DNA of 64,000 nt, taken from the NCBI GenBank assembly GCA_041577295.1, contig JBFGJG010000001.1:242260-306259 (forward strand), given 5' to 3'. Of this stretch, positions 11,008 through 20,697 are shown piece by piece. How positions within the stretch are numbered: the stretch's first letter is position 1; every line of letters starts with the position of its first letter. The position numbers and the translations under genes were made by a program. The notes below the pieces were generated by a model. The model was given only the letters and a program-made list of their open reading frames with translations. It was not told where the DNA came from and searched no databases. This DNA comes from Gemmatimonadales bacterium. GTDB lineage: Bacteria > Gemmatimonadota > Gemmatimonadetes > Gemmatimonadales > GWC2-71-9.

Positions 11008-11517
11008 CTACGTGCTACGAACTCCTCGGGCGACGGAATCGACCCTCCCACCCAGTACCCCCGCGCCGATGGCATACACGAAGTCCGTGTTGCGCGGGGT
11101 TGCACCGGCCTCCCGGAGCTCCGCAGCAATCTGGCCCCGGTGATGAGCTGAGTGAACGACTACGTGCATGAGGATGTCCTCGACCGCGTTGGTCCACGAC
11201 TCATTCTGCGGGCTCGCGTAGGTCACCCGTGCGCGCAACCCATCGGGCGTGCGCGTTCGGAGAAACGCCTCCCACTTCTGCGAGATATCCGCCAACTCCA
11301 TCGCACAGGTCGCAAGATCGAGGTCTGGCCACACTGGGAGATGCGGTGCTTCCCCGCGCACGCGCGAGAACCACAAGCACTGAGCGCCGATGACATGGGC
11401 CATGAGGCGAACGGCCTTTAGAGGCGGTTCAGTAAGCTCCTGTAAGCTTGTTAGGCTCTCGGCGTTCGCCCACCGGTCGAAGGCCATGAGCCGCCGATAG
11501 TAGCGGAGCGGGTCCAT
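11008..11517 (-). CDS. DinB-family (four-helix, three-His) protein
   Basis: FDRWAN, LMAHVIGA and HVVVHSAHHRGQ motifs. Confidence 0.85.
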   Translation of the reverse strand: MDPLRYYRRLMAFDRWANAESLTSLQELTEPPLKAVRLMAHVIGAQCLWFSRVRGEAPHLPVWPDLDLATCAMELADISQKWEAFLRTRTPDGLRARVTYASPQNESWTNAVEDILMHVVVHSAHHRGQIAAELREAGATPRNTDFVYAIGAGVLGGRVDSVARGVRST

Positions 11518-11572
11518 GAGGTCGAGTCTCCTGGATCGATCGGGGTACGGCCGACCACCCACCTACGTTTGG

Positions 11573-12331
11573 TTACCAACGCCAGCAGTGCAGCTCATCG
11601 ACGAGGACCGACGTCGCCGTGGCACCGACATAACCGTCAGCCGGGTTGATGCCATGGATCACCCAGCCCTTGGTGTCGACCCCTGCGGTCGGCATGGGCC
11701 CCGAGAAGCGTGGAACATCGGAAAGCCCGGGAGACGCGTCAACCTCTTCGAGTGGAACGGACACTCCACAACCCCACGCTTTGATGAGCGCTTCTTTCCT
11801 CGTCCAGCACTCAAAGAATACCCGATCGCGCTCAACTTCGTCGGCTCCCGCAATGGCCTCCCGCTCGATCGGTGTGAAGTATCGCGCTACCAGCCCTTCC
11901 ATATCCGTGACGGTTCGGACCTGCTCCACGTCCACCCCGAGCTCTCCCACGCGGGTGACTCCGTACAGCGCCAGATCGGCGGAGTGAGTCATGTTGAAGA
12001 ACAAACGCGGCTCTTCGTTTTGTGAGAGCTGAAGGCGTGGCTTCCCGAAGTCGTTTTCGACAAACGTCAGCTTGTCGGGGGCGCTGGGATGCAGATAGAC
12101 CGCCAAAAGCTCTCGCAACTGACCGCGGGCGCATATGAACCGATTCCGATCTCGTTCGAACCGGAACCGTGCCGCTCGGGACTTTTCGTCGGGATGGAGA
12201 AACTTCGCAACGCGCTGACGGGCGCCGTCGGCGAGATCGAGCCTCGCACACCAGATATGAATATCACGGGGTCCGAGCTGTTCCGCAGCTCGGTCGATCG
12301 CGAATGGTGCTGCGGACCAATGTCGCGTCAG
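11573..12331 (-). CDS. Sfp-type 4'-phosphopantetheinyl transferase (probable CTG start)
   Basis: FNMTHS, GVDVE and FFECWTRKEALIKA. The frame stays open upstream of the called TTG and encodes the typical Sfp N-terminus (DIHIWCARLD...DEKSRAARFRFERDRNRFICARGQLR). GAGGT lies 7 nt before the CTG at 12331. Confidence 0.88.
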   Translation of the reverse strand: MTRHWSAAPFAIDRAAEQLGPRDIHIWCARLDLADGARQRVAKFLHPDEKSRAARFRFERDRNRFICARGQLRELLAVYLHPSAPDKLTFVENDFGKPRLQLSQNEEPRLFFNMTHSADLALYGVTRVGELGVDVEQVRTVTDMEGLVARYFTPIEREAIAGADEVERDRVFFECWTRKEALIKAWGCGVSVPLEEVDASPGLSDVPRFSGPMPTAGVDTKGWVIHGINPADGYVGATATSVLVDELHCWRW

Positions 12332-12343
12332 TTGGGTGACCTC

Positions 12344-13243
12344 TCAGGAAACGCTTTGCTGTGCCGCCACTTGCCAGACGTCCTTCGCCCAGCTCCGCAC
12401 GACCGCGATAAGTCGCTGCTGGTGTGAGAGGAGGGTAAACGTGTGGTCCGCCCCATCGAGACAGCTCACGCGCACCACGCCAGCTGAATCGGTCCGCGGG
12501 TAAGCGTCGGCCGCGTCCGCCTGTGCGCGGTACATCTTGCTGAGCCGAGCCGTATAAATGAATAAGAGGTGCACCCCTCGGCTCCGCAACTCCTCGGTGC
12601 GCTCCACGGCGAGAGCCTTTGGGGGAAGATCGATCACAAAACGCTCGACGTCGCCGCTCCCCGCATTACCTGGACTGCCGAGGACTCGCAGAATGGCATT
12701 GCCGGCGAGCTTCCACACGGGATGTCGTCCGGTGACCAACCGCCACCATAGGTCGGGCGTCAAGACGCGCCGGAGCGCCTGTGCCCGCCGCTTCGACTGC
12801 TGGGTGCGCTCGAATTCCGCGCTGGCATATGCGTAGCCGTCGATCATGGCGGCGCCCGCGACACGTGGGTCCGCGCAGGCTACGCGGAACGCGTGGTCGG
12901 CACCCGAGCACAGGCCGAGAATCACGAAGCGGTCGATACCACGTAGAGCGGCAACGTGATCCATGGCCTCCACCGTCTCGCCCACCCTGCTTCGGTGATA
13001 GGGCAAGCCATCCTCACGGGGTGCGCTGTCTCCCAAGCCAGAGAGGTCGAACCGGAGCACGACGAAGCCAGCCTGCGCGAGCCGCCGGGCCAGCCGGACG
13101 TGCAACCGGTTGGGACCCACGCGATGTACGATTCCCGCATTGACGATGATAACGGCGGGACGGTCTGCGGCCTCGGCCGTCGGCTCGGAAAGGATACCAA
13201 CGAGCCGTTGTCCATCACCAAAGCGGGCGATCTTCTCCCTCAT
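12344..13243 (-). CDS. Alpha/beta hydrolase with Cys at the nucleophile elbow (exosortase-A-associated hydrolase 1-like)
   Basis: HRVGPNR, LRFDLSGLGDS, GLCSGA and ADHTF. ATGA overlap with the partner gene. Confidence 0.8.
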   Translation of the reverse strand: MREKIARFGDGQRLVGILSEPTAEAADRPAVIIVNAGIVHRVGPNRLHVRLARRLAQAGFVVLRFDLSGLGDSAPREDGLPYHRSRVGETVEAMDHVAALRGIDRFVILGLCSGADHAFRVACADPRVAGAAMIDGYAYASAEFERTQQSKRRAQALRRVLTPDLWWRLVTGRHPVWKLAGNAILRVLGSPGNAGSGDVERFVIDLPPKALAVERTEELRSRGVHLLFIYTARLSKMYRAQADAADAYPRTDSAGVVRVSCLDGADHTFTLLSHQQRLIAVVRSWAKDVWQVAAQQSVS

Positions 13244-14031
13244 CGGTAGCGCTCGCTGACCCACGAGACGATCTGCTCGAGCACCTTTGAGGGTACGAGC
13301 TCGTTCGACCACAGCGCCCGCTCTTCCCAGATCGGCTGCGCGGTGAGCCGAGCCCTCTGAATACCCACTCGGGCGCTACGCCACCGTGACTCCAACAGAT
13401 CGTAGTCGGGACACTCTCGCGTGGTCACGAGGAAGACAGCTTGCGTCGCCGGGACCGGAACGGTGGACAGGTCGAGCCCCACAAGCTCGCCGCGCAGCGT
13501 TTCGCCCATCGAGAAGCCAAACAATCCGTCTTCCTCCGAGGGTTCTCCGTTGTGCTGCCGCAGTACGTTCACGACCAGGTCCCGGTGCCGCTCATAAAGC
13601 TCGTCCACATACGCTTGGCCGGTCACGACGGGATCCCACAACGCCAAACCTGTCACGTCGTTGCGATCCTTCGCCGCGAGCGCGGCGAGGGTACCACCTA
13701 ACCGCAGACCAATCAGGCAGCTTTGCTGCACACTAGTCGTGTCCACGAGCTCGGTAAGCGCCACGTCGATATCCGACCGCCACTGCTCAACGGTGGATTG
13801 GTCGTCATCCCCGTACGAGTCCCCGGAGCCGGAAAAATCGAACCGGAGCACCGGGAAGCCCGCCCGCGCAAGTCGTGTAGCGAGCTGACGCAGTGACCGA
13901 TGCGAAGGGTTGTACTCGTCGCGCGCAGCCGCGCAGAGCACGACGCCGGCGCTGCGTTGATGTTCCCCGCTGGAAGGGTGTAGCACCCCAAAGAGTGGGG
14001 CGGCGGAGGCGCCAAAGTAGAACGGGTTCAT
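13240..14031 (-). CDS. Alpha/beta hydrolase with Arg at the nucleophile elbow (exosortase-A-associated hydrolase 2-like)
   Basis: LRFDFSGSGDS, GLRLGG and LWDPVVTG. Confidence 0.8.
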   Translation of the reverse strand: MNPFYFGASAAPLFGVLHPSSGEHQRSAGVVLCAAARDEYNPSHRSLRQLATRLARAGFPVLRFDFSGSGDSYGDDDQSTVEQWRSDIDVALTELVDTTSVQQSCLIGLRLGGTLAALAAKDRNDVTGLALWDPVVTGQAYVDELYERHRDLVVNVLRQHNGEPSEEDGLFGFSMGETLRGELVGLDLSTVPVPATQAVFLVTTRECPDYDLLESRWRSARVGIQRARLTAQPIWEERALWSNELVPSKVLEQIVSWVSERYR

Positions 14032-14036
14032 GCGCT

Positions 14037-17000
14037 CTAACTTCCGCGGCGGGTCACGAACCGCAGCAGCTTGGCCCCGAGCCCGGGCCGCCCTTTCGGT
14101 CCTTCGGGTGCTGACGCTCGCTCCTCACACAGCGCTGCGATCTGGCCGAGGGTCTGCAGCACCATGTCGCGCGCGCTGAGTCGCACGCCGATCGCGTCGT
14201 CGATCCTGGCGATGACCTGCATAGAGAGGAGTGAATGTCCGCCGAGGTCGAAGAAGTTGTCGTTGACATCGATCCCATCTGAACCGAGCGCCGAGGACCA
14301 GATCTCCGCAATCGTCTTTTCCATTGGCGTCGTGGGTGGAACGATGCGGCTTTTGCCCGCGAGCCCGGGTTCCGGGAGCGCCTTACGATCGACCTTCCCG
14401 TTCGGTGTGAGAGGCAAGGACTCCAGCGTCACGAACATCGCTGGGATCATGTAGCCAGGCAGGCGCTCCCTGAGAAACGTTCGTAGGTCGGTCCCCGTTG
14501 GCTCGTGCGCGTCGGCCTTGGGAACGACGTACGCCACCAATCGTCTGTCGTCACTGCTGTACGAGCGGACCACGGCGACCGCCTCGCTAACAGCCTCATG
14601 CGCCGCGAGGGCTGCTTCCACCTCGCCGAGCTCGATGCGAAACCCCCGCAGCTTTACCTGGTTGTCCACACGCCGCAGGTACTCGACGTTGCCGTCAGCA
14701 CGGTACCGCACCCAGTCGCCTGTCCGGTAGAGACGCTCGGTGGGGTCATCGCTGAAGGGGTCCGCCACGAATCGCTCCGCCGTCAACGCCTCCCGCCGCC
14801 AATACCCTCGGGCGAGCCCTGCGCCGCCGATGTACAGCTCCCCAGGCACGCCCACGGGCACCGGATGCATGTCGTCGTCTAGCACATAGAGGGTCGTATT
14901 CGCGATTGGACGCCCGATGAGCACCGGAGCCGAGGGGTCCTTCACGTGGTAACACGTCGACCAGATCGTCGTCTCGGTGGGCCCATACATGTTCCACACG
15001 GCGGATGCGCGCGTAACCAGGACCTCCGCCAACTCCTGCGAAAGCGCCTCACCGCCGCACAGAACTTTCAGGCCCTCACCACCACTCCACCCGGCAGCGA
15101 GCAGGAGACGCCACGTGGCTGGCGTCGCTTGCATCACCGTGGCGTGCGAGTTTTTGAGTAACTGCAGCAGTCGCGTTCCGTCGCCCGCTGTCTCCTGGTC
15201 GGCGATGACCGTCGTTGCGCCCGCCGTGAGCGGCAACAACAGTTCCAGCACCGCGATGTCGAAGGACAGCGTGGTGACGGCAAGCACCACATCCGAGGAT
15301 TGCATCCCCGGCTCGCGGGCCATGCTGGTTAAGAAGTTGACCACGCCCCGGTGCCGGACCTCGACGCCTTTGGGCGTTCCGGTCGAGCCGGAGGTGTAGA
15401 TGACATAGGCCAACTCATCCGGTGTCGTCGTATCAGCGAGCGGCGTTGCGGCACACTGTGCGATCTCCTCGTGCTCCCGATCGAGACAGATGACGTGATC
15501 AACCTCCAACGGTGCGCGGTCGACCAGGGTTGAGCTCGTCACCAGCGCGGCCAGCTCGGCGTCCCGTTGCATGAATGCGATGCGCTCGGCCGGGTAATCG
15601 GGATCCAGCGGAACGTAGGCCGCACCCGTCTTGAGGACGCCGAGCACCGCGGCAAGCATCGCATCCGAACGCTCCAACAGAATTCCCACGCGCTCGCCTG
15701 GGCGTGCACCGCGATCCCTGAGGTATCGTGCGATCCGGTTCGATCGGGCTTCCAACTCGGCAAACGTGAGCGAATGGTTTCCGAACACGACCGCAGTGTC
15801 GTTCGGACTGTCTTTCGCTCGGCCCGCGATCAACGAGTGAACCGACGACTCGGGATAGGTGTGCGCCGTCTCGTTCCACTCCACGAGCACCTGCGATCGT
15901 TCCGCATCGGAGAGCACATGGAGCTCGGCAAGTGGGCGATCGGGATTCGTTGCGATACCGCGTAACAGATGGTCGAAATGCTTGAGGAATCGCGCGATGG
16001 TCGCGTGCTCGAAGAGATCCGTACTGTACTCGAGCGCGCCGGTGACCTGCCCGTTCGTGGCTTCCAGCCAGAAGGCCAGGTCCGTCCGGGCGATGGGCGG
16101 GTGCCACTGCACCGGTGTCCACCTGACATCCCCCATGACGTTCGGCTCGCCAGTCGTGTCTTGGAAGGCGAACAGCACTTGAAAGAGTGGCGTGCGACTC
16201 AGATCCCGTTCCGGCCTCAACTCCTGTACCAGACGCTCAAACGGCATCTCCTGGTGGCCATAGGCGCCCAGACACACGTCCCGCACTTCGCGGAGCAATG
16301 CACGAAAGTCGCTACCTTCGGGAATGGCGGTTCGCAGTACCAGCACATTCACAAACAGGCCAATGAGCCCTTCGAGTTCCGGTAGCTCGCGGTTGGCGAC
16401 CGGTGACCCAAAAACGATCTCGCGCTGCCGCGTGTACTTGCTCAGCATCAGTGCCGCACCGGTGAGGAGCACCATGAACAGGGTCACCCCTTCCTCGCGG
16501 GCGATGTGCGTGAGCCGGTTGACGAGATCGGAAGGAAGCTCGAACGCCTGGGAGGTACCCCGATACGACTGCACCGGTGGGCGGGGACGATCCGTCGGCA
16601 TCTCCAGAACCGGCAAGTCACCGGCCAGTCGCTCTCGCCAGTACCCAAGCAAGCGTTCGAGCTTTGCGCCCTGAAGTGTGGCCCGTTGCCATGCGGCGTA
16701 GTCGCCGTACCGGATTCCGGGTTCCACCATACTGAGGGGAGCGCCCTGAACGCTCGCCTCGTAGCACTGGATCAGTTCCTGGCGAAGGACAGTGAGCGAC
16801 CACCCGTCGATAATGGTATGGTGCGCTACCAGGATTAGTACGTGCTCGTCTGCCACCAGCCGAACGAGACGGGCACGGAACAGCGGGCCCCGTTCGAGGT
16901 CAAACGACCAGGTCGCTTCTTCGGCCAACACCTGATCCAACCGCTGCTCCCGTTCCGTGGCGCTCAGCCGCTCCAGATCGACCAGCGGAAGGGGGAATGC

Positions 17001-17360
17001 TGCAACGGGCGCTACCTCGATGACGGGCACCTCACCGGCAATGCGAAACGTGGTGCGGAGCGCATCGTGTCGTGCCACGACGCGTGTGAGGCTTTGCCGC
17101 AGACTGTCGACGTCGAGCGTCCCCGTTAGGCGATAGGCGGAACGTACGCTGTAGATCGCCGCGTTCGGTTCGAGCTGATTGAGATACCAGAGGCGTTCTT
17201 GTGCAAAGGAGAGCGGCGGCGCAGCGCCCGGCGCCAATCGCGTAATAGTCGGACCCACCGTTCGCTGCAAACCCTTGCCACGCAAACGCTGCTCCAGCAA
17301 CGCCCGCTTTGTCGCAGAGAGCTGGGCCTTACGACCGAGTCGCTCTCCTGCGTCAGCCAT
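14037..17360 (-). CDS. NRPS module C-A-T (A predicted Gly), no TE
   Basis: C: HHTIIDGWS. A: YTSGSTGTPKG, with hand-derived code DILQLGMIWK (Gly-type). T: GGHSL. Confidence 0.93.
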   Translation of the reverse strand: MADAGERLGRKAQLSATKRALLEQRLRGKGLQRTVGPTITRLAPGAAPPLSFAQERLWYLNQLEPNAAIYSVRSAYRLTGTLDVDSLRQSLTRVVARHDALRTTFRIAGEVPVIEVAPVAAFPLPLVDLERLSATEREQRLDQVLAEEATWSFDLERGPLFRARLVRLVADEHVLILVAHHTIIDGWSLTVLRQELIQCYEASVQGAPLSMVEPGIRYGDYAAWQRATLQGAKLERLLGYWRERLAGDLPVLEMPTDRPRPPVQSYRGTSQAFELPSDLVNRLTHIAREEGVTLFMVLLTGAALMLSKYTRQREIVFGSPVANRELPELEGLIGLFVNVLVLRTAIPEGSDFRALLREVRDVCLGAYGHQEMPFERLVQELRPERDLSRTPLFQVLFAFQDTTGEPNVMGDVRWTPVQWHPPIARTDLAFWLEATNGQVTGALEYSTDLFEHATIARFLKHFDHLLRGIATNPDRPLAELHVLSDAERSQVLVEWNETAHTYPESSVHSLIAGRAKDSPNDTAVVFGNHSLTFAELEARSNRIARYLRDRGARPGERVGILLERSDAMLAAVLGVLKTGAAYVPLDPDYPAERIAFMQRDAELAALVTSSTLVDRAPLEVDHVICLDREHEEIAQCAATPLADTTTPDELAYVIYTSGSTGTPKGVEVRHRGVVNFLTSMAREPGMQSSDVVLAVTTLSFDIAVLELLLPLTAGATTVIADQETAGDGTRLLQLLKNSHATVMQATPATWRLLLAAGWSGGEGLKVLCGGEALSQELAEVLVTRASAVWNMYGPTETTIWSTCYHVKDPSAPVLIGRPIANTTLYVLDDDMHPVPVGVPGELYIGGAGLARGYWRREALTAERFVADPFSDDPTERLYRTGDWVRYRADGNVEYLRRVDNQVKLRGFRIELGEVEAALAAHEAVSEAVAVVRSYSSDDRRLVAYVVPKADAHEPTGTDLRTFLRERLPGYMIPAMFVTLESLPLTPNGKVDRKALPEPGLAGKSRIVPPTTPMEKTIAEIWSSALGSDGIDVNDNFFDLGGHSLLSMQVIARIDDAIGVRLSARDMVLQTLGQIAALCEERASAPEGPKGRPGLGAKLLRFVTRRGS

Positions 17361-20300
17361 CGACCCCGTCTCCCACTAAGCGTTCGGCCTCTTCCTCGGA
17401 TAACGCTTCGATCTCGGCCAGCAGCTGGTCCTCGATCATTTGCGCGAGCGCGGCAATCGTTGGCGCTTCGAATAGCCGCCTGAGCTCGAGGTCGATGGCA
17501 AAGTGGCCGCGGATCCGGCTGATGACGCGCGTCGCGAGCAGCGAATGGCCGCCGATTTCGAAGAAATTGTCTAGGACACCAACGTTCCCCACCCCGAGGA
17601 CCTCCTGCCAGCATTCGACCAGCACGCGCTCGGTCTCGGTCCTGGGTGCCACACGCTCAGACTCCTGAACGCCATCATCACCCGGGTCCGGCAGCGCTTT
17701 GCGATCGACTTTCTGGGTCGTGGTCATCGGAAAGGCATCGAGCTGCACGAACTGCGCTGGGATCATGTACTCCGGGAGCCTGGTTTTCATGTACTCACGC
17801 AGCGCCGCAGTTGCAATCGTCGTCCCGCTCTCCCGCGGTACGAGATAGGCGACGATGCGTGGATCACCACTTTGGCGCTTGAGAACCAGTGCGACAGCCT
17901 GTTGGACCTCAGGATGATCCGACAGCACGGCTTCGATTTCACCGAGCTCGATCCGAAAGCCACGGATCTTTACCTGGTGATCGGTGCGCCCGAAGAACTC
18001 AAGATTCCCATCCGGCAGCCACCGACAGACGTCGCCGGAGTTGTACATCCGCGCCGCAGGATCTGCGGCGAACGGGTCGGCCACAAACCGTTCAGCGGTC
18101 AGTTCAGGGCGGTTGAGGTAGCCCAAGCCCACGAGGTCCCCGCCGATGTAGAGCGTTCCTGGCACCCCGATCGGCACGGGTCGCAGCCGCTCGTCTAGTA
18201 CGTACAGCGAACTATTGAGCAACGGGCGACCGATCGGCACGCTGGACATGGTTTCGCCGTCCTCATCGTCCGGCGCCCGCCAGAGGCTACAAGTCACGGT
18301 CGTTTCCGTCGGGCCATAACTGTTGTACCACGGAATCTCAGTACCCACGATCCGCCGCCAACTGCGGAAAGCACCAGGCACCGCGGCCTCACCTCCAGCC
18401 GATACGAGGCGAATGGTCTTCGGAAACGGCGCACCGGATTCCAGGCCGCCAACCCACTCGTGCCAAAAAGCGGTTGGAAGATCCAAAACCGTGATGCCGT
18501 GCTCGAGCACAAAGTCGTGAAATCGTTCGAACGATCCGATCTGCTCGACGGGAAGGAGAACGCTGGCGCCACCTTGCAACAGAATGGACAACAGCTCTTC
18601 AGATCCCGTGTCAAACGCAATGGACGACAGCTGGAGCATTCGATCGTCTGCCGAGAGTGCCCACGCGTCGTTGAGCGATGCGCAGAGGTTGACGAACGCA
18701 CGATGGTGAATCTCGACGCCTTTGGGCCGGCCCGTCGAGCCGGAGGTGTAGATGACGTAGAGCAGCGCGCTCGCGTCTACTCGGCACGGAAGGTCAACTC
18801 CACTCTCCCGCGCAATGGCCTCCCAATCCCGATCGATACAGACGATCGTACCGTTGAACTCCGGCAGCTGCTCGAGCAGGGTCTCCTGTGTGATCAACAC
18901 CGGGGCCTGCGTGTCCTCGAGCACAAAGGACATCCGATCGGGAGGGTACCGTGGATCCAGGGGAACGTACGCGCCACCCGCCTTGAGGATCCCCAGGACG
19001 GTCACCACCATGTCCAGTGACTTCTCGACGAACATGCCGACGAGGGTGCCCGGTCCCACCCCCCGCGTGATCAGGTAGTTGGCCAGTCGATTGGCTCGCT
19101 CGTTCAACTCTCCGAACGTGAGCCTCCCGTCGGGAGCGATGACGGCCACCGCCTCCGGCCGCTCGGCAACGCGCTGCTCGAAGATCTGGTGCACGCATGT
19201 CTCCCGTGGGACCTCGGCGGACGTCGCATTCCACTCCACCAGGACGCGATGCCGCTCCGGCTCCGGCATGATGTCCAGATCTCCCACGGGCGTATCCGGA
19301 TCCGCAACTGCTGCCCGCGCGAGCGTTACGAAGTGGCCCGCCATGCGCTGGATGGTAGAGCGATCGAACAAGTTCGTGTTGTATTCAATCCAGCCCAGGA
19401 GCCCTGCATCACTTTCCATCATTGAAAGCGTAAGGTCGAAGCGGGCCACCTCCGGGTCGATCCGCCACGGCGTCATCGTCACGCCCGGCAATTCAATCGA
19501 CCGCGTCGGAGCCGATTGCCAGTCGAACATGACCTGGAACACCGGGTGGTGATTGAGATTGCGTTCCGGGTGGAGATCTTCGACCAAGCGCTCGAACGGA
19601 AGCTCCTGGTGCGCCTGGGCACCCAAGGTTGCTTCCTGAACGCGGCGTAGCAGATCGGAGAATGACGGATTGTCCGCGAAATCCGTCCGGAGCGCGATGG
19701 TGTTCACGAAGAACCCGAGCAGGTTCTCCAGCTCCAAGCGATTCCGGTTGGCGATGGGCGTGCCGATGATGATGTCGTCGAGACTCGTGTAGCGGTGGAG
19801 AAGAACCTGAAACAGTGACAGCAGCGTCATGAACGGCGTAGCGCCATGCCGCTGACCGAAACGGCGCAGTGCATCCGCGAGATCCGGTGGAATACGGAAT
19901 GGTTCTTCCGCTCCTTCCGGCGTCAGAATACCGGAGCGGGTGCGATCACCCGCAACCTCGAGTATCGGAAGTCTTCCACCGAGACGGTCTTTCCAATACT
20001 TAAGCTGCCGGTTGAGCAGATCTCCCCGCAGGCGTTCCCGCTGCCAGACGGCAAAGTCACCGTATTGAATGGGCAATTCCGGCAGCGCCGCCGGTGTTTT
20101 AGCAACGTGAGCACGGTACAACGCGGCGAGCTCACGCTGAAAGACTCCTCGTGACCACCCGTCGAACACGGCGTGATGCACGGTAAACACGAGCGCATGC
20201 TTGCGGTCGTTCTGCCGCAGCAACAACGCTCGGTAGAGCGGCCCCGCGGTCAAGTCGAACGACCGTCGAGCCTCTTCGGCTGCACGATCCTCCAGCTCGC

Positions 20301-20697
20301 GCGCGGACGGTCCGACGTCCACCACCGGGATTTCCACTCTACCCGGCGGCTCGACGATCTGTACCGGCCCCGCGTCATCCGACCTGAAGCGCGTGCGCAG
20401 GACGTGATGGCGGCTCACGATCTCCGTGATGCTCTGCTCGAGCGCCCCCCTGTGAAGCTCGCCGGCGAGGTGATAACAGTCTGGCAGGTTGTACGCCGGA
20501 GTCCCGGGCTCGAGCTGATCGAAGAACCACAACCGCTCCTGTCCAAACGAAAGCGGAAACGGGCCCTTGCCGTCACGGCGTGGGATCGTACCGCCTTCTG
20601 CACGCTTGACTCCTCGGGCCTCCAGCATCCGCGCAATCAACTCGCGTTTGTCAGCGGTGAGTTCCGGTGGTCCTGCTGCGTTGCGGTTATCGCTCAC
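17353..20697 (-). CDS. NRPS module C-A-T (acidic pocket, basic amino acid likely)
   Basis: C: HHAVFDGWS. A: YTSGSTGRPKG, with hand-derived code DTEDSGSVTK. T: GGHSL. Confidence 0.93.
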   Translation of the reverse strand: MSDNRNAAGPPELTADKRELIARMLEARGVKRAEGGTIPRRDGKGPFPLSFGQERLWFFDQLEPGTPAYNLPDCYHLAGELHRGALEQSITEIVSRHHVLRTRFRSDDAGPVQIVEPPGRVEIPVVDVGPSARELEDRAAEEARRSFDLTAGPLYRALLLRQNDRKHALVFTVHHAVFDGWSRGVFQRELAALYRAHVAKTPAALPELPIQYGDFAVWQRERLRGDLLNRQLKYWKDRLGGRLPILEVAGDRTRSGILTPEGAEEPFRIPPDLADALRRFGQRHGATPFMTLLSLFQVLLHRYTSLDDIIIGTPIANRNRLELENLLGFFVNTIALRTDFADNPSFSDLLRRVQEATLGAQAHQELPFERLVEDLHPERNLNHHPVFQVMFDWQSAPTRSIELPGVTMTPWRIDPEVARFDLTLSMMESDAGLLGWIEYNTNLFDRSTIQRMAGHFVTLARAAVADPDTPVGDLDIMPEPERHRVLVEWNATSAEVPRETCVHQIFEQRVAERPEAVAVIAPDGRLTFGELNERANRLANYLITRGVGPGTLVGMFVEKSLDMVVTVLGILKAGGAYVPLDPRYPPDRMSFVLEDTQAPVLITQETLLEQLPEFNGTIVCIDRDWEAIARESGVDLPCRVDASALLYVIYTSGSTGRPKGVEIHHRAFVNLCASLNDAWALSADDRMLQLSSIAFDTGSEELLSILLQGGASVLLPVEQIGSFERFHDFVLEHGITVLDLPTAFWHEWVGGLESGAPFPKTIRLVSAGGEAAVPGAFRSWRRIVGTEIPWYNSYGPTETTVTCSLWRAPDDEDGETMSSVPIGRPLLNSSLYVLDERLRPVPIGVPGTLYIGGDLVGLGYLNRPELTAERFVADPFAADPAARMYNSGDVCRWLPDGNLEFFGRTDHQVKIRGFRIELGEIEAVLSDHPEVQQAVALVLKRQSGDPRIVAYLVPRESGTTIATAALREYMKTRLPEYMIPAQFVQLDAFPMTTTQKVDRKALPDPGDDGVQESERVAPRTETERVLVECWQEVLGVGNVGVLDNFFEIGGHSLLATRVISRIRGHFAIDLELRRLFEAPTIAALAQMIEDQLLAEIEALSEEEAERLVGDGVDG

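Noticed and set aside
12344..12346. Selenocysteine at the in-frame TGA between the hydrolase and PPTase
   Set aside because: The position is an inter-domain linker rather than a catalytic Cys site, and no SECIS-like hairpin is evident. RBS plus CTG is the simpler explanation.
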